A DNA stretch of 63,879 bases, filler included. It is 18 parts of 18 records of this genome, joined end to end, with 100 filler letters (N's around TTAATTAATTAA, not from the genome) between each part and the next. Parts side by side here need not be neighbours in the genome. Positions count along the whole stretch, not along the records: positions 60,316 to 63,879 come from SRR11831580_938; 17 more parts are not named here. One strand, written 5' to 3'. Positions 60,316 through 63,879 of the stretch are shown piece after piece (within the stretch, counting starts at the first letter, position 1; each line of letters opens with the position of its first letter). Position numbers and translations under genes: made by a program. Below the pieces are notes generated by a model that did no database searches, had not been told where the DNA came from, and was given only the letters and a program-made list of their open reading frames with translations.

Positions 60316-61010
60316 TTCCTGATAATCCTCAATATCCGGCGATTTTTTCCAGCCAGAAGCCCGAATATAACCATTGGCGCTCAGTTTCAGATAATCGCGC
60401 CAGTATTCCGCACCAACACCAATGCGGGTATGACTACGGGATAAATCATGATCGATAAAAGTATTCACCCCGCCATCCAGTCATTTCCTGAAAAATGACG
60501 CCAGCCAAAACCAATATTTGACTGAGTACGATCGTCTGTACGATGTATTGCCCCCTGAGTGAACAACATATTTGTCGGCGTATCATAAATCGGATAAAGC
60601 ATTTCCAGCGAAGAATCCTTCAGCGAGAAATCTTTATCGACATTCAGTTTGACGCGCGCAGTACCATATTTCCCGAGCCACTCCTGTATTTCCTGGTTAG
60701 CTTTAGCTGTGGCCATTCCGGTAATAAAGTTACGTGTCGCATCGCTATCTGGCTGACTGCTTAAAAATGTCCCGGCATTTGCGGCAAACGACGCGACATT
60801 TTTCTCCACGTTATTATCAGCAGTTACCGTAGTATTTCCCATGCTCAACCGTGGCTGAACCGCATGCTGCGCACGTGCCGCCATTACTGGGGTAAAGGTG
60901 ACAGCGAGTGGAAAAAGAACCTGAACAGAGATATTTGCCCACGCCACGCAGCGGGCCAGAACTGAATAACGAAATCGTGGTTGTTTATGACCTGTTTTAT
61001 AATGTGACAT
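60316..61010 (-). pseudogene. eaeH: Intimin-like inverse autotransporter adhesin (eaeH/fdeC), 5' part, frameshifted at 60468-60471
   Basis: NIGFGWRHF...WMAG continues as VNTFIDHDLSRSHTRIGVGAEYWRDYLKL in a shifted frame. Confidence 0.88.
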
Positions 61011-61561
61011 TGAGATAATTTCCTGATGAACGAATTAACGAACATAGGCAGACACAAATAATGGCGTCTGCTTGTCAGAAAAACCGGGGATTTCCCGATT
61101 TCCTTTTCCGCAGAAAAGGAAATACCTTTATGTAAGAAAGTGCACCGCCACCTAATATATCCAGTGCCTATAGCCACTCATCAGGTGGTTGGGCGCGGGA
61201 TTATATTTTTATTTATGGGGGGAAAATTTAGCTTTTTGTGCAAGTCATTAAATAGATACCTAAGTTATATTTCTTACTCTGCGGACAGTGAATAATTCAC
61301 TATTCAGAGTGAATAACAATGACCTGCCTTTAATTAAAACTATTGGAAATACGTCGAAATAGGTATATATGCCAGGATAAACCAATATATTTTTATGGAT
61401 ATTCATTTTCCTTCATCGGACTGTAAATTGCGGAGATATCGAACTTGCACTACCCATCGCAACACTCAAACAGATTTATGAATTTCGTTCATAACCCCTG
61501 ACAAATTCTGCCGTCTAATCGAGCTTTTCCCTTTACGTTATGCTTCTCATGAACGATAACA

Positions 61562-61651
61562 CAACTTGTTCATGAATTAACCATTCCGGATAAACTATGG
61601 GATCAAATTCAGGCATCGAAAGGAACTGGCTGGTTTCCGTTAATGGATTAA
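61562..61651 (+). pseudogene. ykgP: Short oxidoreductase-like C-terminal remnant
   Basis: Startless frame QLVHELTIPDKLWDQIQASKGTGWFPLMD* at the position expected between eaeH and ykgR. Confidence 0.5.
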
Positions 61652-62124
61652 ATATCTATTATTCTCCCGAGAGTAAAACTATCAAATCAATGAGTAACCG
61701 ATACAGCCTCACAAATTCTTTCAGATAATTAACCCGTCACTGCGGCACGTTCTCTCATAAGGCGTGCCTGCAGTGTAATCCAGTATGTATCCGGCATAGT
61801 TGACGGTTTAATAGAACTCAATTTCTCTCCCAGGTCACCAACAACGATATCTTGTATAACACCCCAGGAGATACGACATTATGATGAGATGCGATATGCT
61901 CCTCAGCACCAATCAACGCCCGGACTGGGCCAGTCTTGAGATCAGACTCATTCCCGGAACTGACTTCAGGCGACATATATCAATGACGTTGGTGCAATAA
62001 AAGATAGTTGATGTAATACATCTATTCAAATTTGTGATACATGTCAAAAAATTGGTTGACCAAACTCGTTATTTATATAAGGGCACTTACGAAGTGCACT
62101 CTTTTTTAAAGCGAGGAAGTACCA

Positions 62125-62226
62125 ATGAAAGAGAATAAAGTACAGCAAATCAGTCATAAACTGATTAATATCGTTGTTTTTGTCGCAATTGTAGAATACG
62201 CCTATTTATTTCTCCATTTCTATTAA
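62125..62226 (+). CDS. ykgR: 33-aa small membrane protein (below the ORF-track cutoff)
   Basis: MKENKVQQISHKLINIVVFVAIVEYAYLFLHFY; GAGG RBS. Confidence 0.85.
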   Translation: MKENKVQQISHKLINIVVFVAIVEYAYLFLHFY

Positions 62227-62560
62227 TAACGGAAATAAACTGTTCACTTCAGTGATATTTAAAATATGCATCCTCTCCCTTTTTTGTAAGTAATTATTAT
62301 ATCCGTGGGAGAGGAATACACGCTGTCAGGTAATCAATCATACTGCGATAAATTATCGGCCAGTAAAGTGGAGATAACCTCCATTCTCGAAAAATCCATA
62401 CTCTCAGCAAAACCATCATCAATCACTCATCCAGGCGTTTATGGGAGCGTCACCAATGGCTGCTAACAATGCCAGAGTTCCCCGTTGCGAAAATTCCACA
62501 TCCACAAAGAGTCACAGGGATTGAGTGTTGAAATGATCCGGATGAGCATGTATCTTTATG

Positions 62561-62578
62561 GTTATGTTATAACATAAC
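62561..62578. promoter_or_regulatory. Zur box upstream of ykgMO
   Basis: Perfect palindrome GTTATGTTA-TAACATAAC. Confidence 0.88.
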
Positions 62579-62589
62579 AGGTAAAAATG

Positions 62590-62853
62590 ATGAAGCCCAA
62601 TATCCATCCTGAGTATCGTACTGTGGTGTTCCACGACACCAGTGTTGATGAGTACTTTAAAATCGGCTCGACTATCAAAACAGACCGTGAGATTGAGCTG
62701 GATGGCGTAACGTATCCATACGTGACAATTGATGTCTCTTCTAAATCGCACCCGTTCTATACAGGGAAGCTGAGAACAGTGGCATCAGAAGGAAATGTTG
62801 CACGATTCACCCAACGTTTTGGTCGTTTTGTTAGCACGAAAAAGGGGGCGTGA
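62590..62853 (+). CDS. ykgM: Zn-independent ribosomal protein L31 type B
   Basis: [16 protein letters not shown]; no Cys. Confidence 0.96.
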
Positions 62854-62993
62854 TGAAAGTTCTTAACTCTCTGCGTACCGCAAAAGAACGCCATCCAGAC
62901 TGTCAGATTGTGAAGCGAAAAGGACGGCTATATGTGATTTGTAAATCTAATCCACGTTTTAAGGCCGTTCAGGGTCGTAAGAAAAAACGTTGA
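62853..62993 (+). CDS. ykgO: Zn-independent ribosomal protein L36 paralog (46 aa; not in ORF track)
   Basis: [51 protein letters not shown] overlap. Confidence 0.95.
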   Translation: MKVLNSLRTAKERHPDCQIVKRKGRLYVICKSNPRFKAVQGRKKKR

Positions 62994-63027
62994 TTCAAAA
63001 TTCGACGGATTAACGATATTTGTCTGA

Positions 63028-63255
63028 TTAATAATCAGATCGGATTAATGTTGGTGTGTTTATAACACCAACATTAATTTTCCTGGGGATATATTCTTCC
63101 TGTTCATTTGAGGCCAACTGCCTGACGTTTCTCTCCGAATATTCCATTATCTTAATGTTGACTTGTTGACCAGCTTCGCCCCTGTATGCTGGCATCAACC
63201 CTCTTTTAGACTGAACACGCCACTCAGTCTCCTCCCTTTGCGGCGCAGCCTGCAT
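63028..63255 (-). CDS. ykgL: Small uncharacterised ORF
   Basis: 75-aa ORF convergent with ykgO; called on position only. Confidence 0.5.
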   Translation of the reverse strand: MQAAPQREETEWRVQSKRGLMPAYRGEAGQQVNIKIMEYSERNVRQLASNEQEEYIPRKINVGVINTPTLIRSDY

Positions 63256-63879
63256 TTTCACTCAAACTGTTAAGATGATAAATGTGGTAAATCTGTTGGT
63301 ACTAACATAAAAACGTTTACGCCACAGGAACAGTCTGATCCACCGGTAACCCCGTCGCCGACGTTCGAGTGCCAGTTAGAGTAACGCGCACAGATAACTG
63401 AATGCAGTGCCCTGACAAAAAGGCCATCGTTCCTGTGACAGCTGGCAGCCTTCGTTTAACTTCACTTAATCTGGCTCTTGGGGGCTTACCGAACAGATGA
63501 CGTACATACGCCCGTTCAATTTTCCATTACTTATTGGAATGAACACCTGTAACCATTTTGTGCGGCATGTTAATCCATTAAAATATCTTACTGATTGGCA
63601 AATCATCTTCAATGACAGCTCATCATAGTTTTATATTCTATCCCTTACCCTTAAAACTTGTTTTTTACTAGTCCATCACACAGCGCATTAAGACTATTCC
63701 TAACACTTCAGGGCAAAGTTCCTGACCAATATAAAATGCAAGTAAGAATTGAACGTTATATTGCCAATAACCTTATGAAACCAAATGTCTTTTTCTTCTT
63801 ATCAAAAAAGCAATATTTTCAGTTTTTCTAAATATTGACTTAACCATTGAATTCCTTTTCCGTTCACATATTGACACTA

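Noticed and set aside
63044-63077. Long inverted repeat after ykgO as a mobile-element end or new RNA
   Set aside because: A single AT-rich hairpin in native E. coli context with no transposase or target duplication; most simply a terminator-like structure.

Overview
This window is not one genomic locus. It is 18 short contigs joined by 17 identical 100-nt spacers (N44-TTAATTAATTAA-N44). Fifteen contigs are Escherichia coli with K-12-like gene order: chrR-adeP-yieH-cbrBC-yieKL-bglHB; fucPIK; ypdABC; gss-yghU; envZ-ompR-greB-yhgF; anmK-mliC-pdxH-tyrS; fimD; prc-proQ-msrC-letAB; yiiRS-uspD-fpr-glpX; patA-ygjH-ebgRA; pepP-ubiHI; panD-rpnC-panCB-yadC; fhuACDB; vsr-dcm-yedJ; eaeH-ykgR-ykgMO. They carry a residual Roche 454 adaptor and three 1-nt homopolymer undercalls. 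Three contigs are eukaryotic and hold most of the novelty. (i) 29409-32469 is spacer DNA plus the 5' part of a divergent 18S rRNA gene with a 385-nt group I intron at S516 and no endonuclease ORF. (ii) 35374-37651 is the 3' part of an AcademX-like DNA-transposon ORF (XPG/PIN nuclease motifs, 9-Cys CXC-like finger) fused to a CW-type zinc finger and an acidic tail. (iii) 49584-52593 holds 12 exons of an ISWI chromatin remodeller with about 8 introns per kb of CDS, GTRYG donors and one probable GC-AG intron. The best reading is an unplaced-contig bin from a 454 protist genome project with heavy E. coli carry-over. Family assignments come from motif recognition only; no searches were run, and I cannot place the eukaryote taxonomically.
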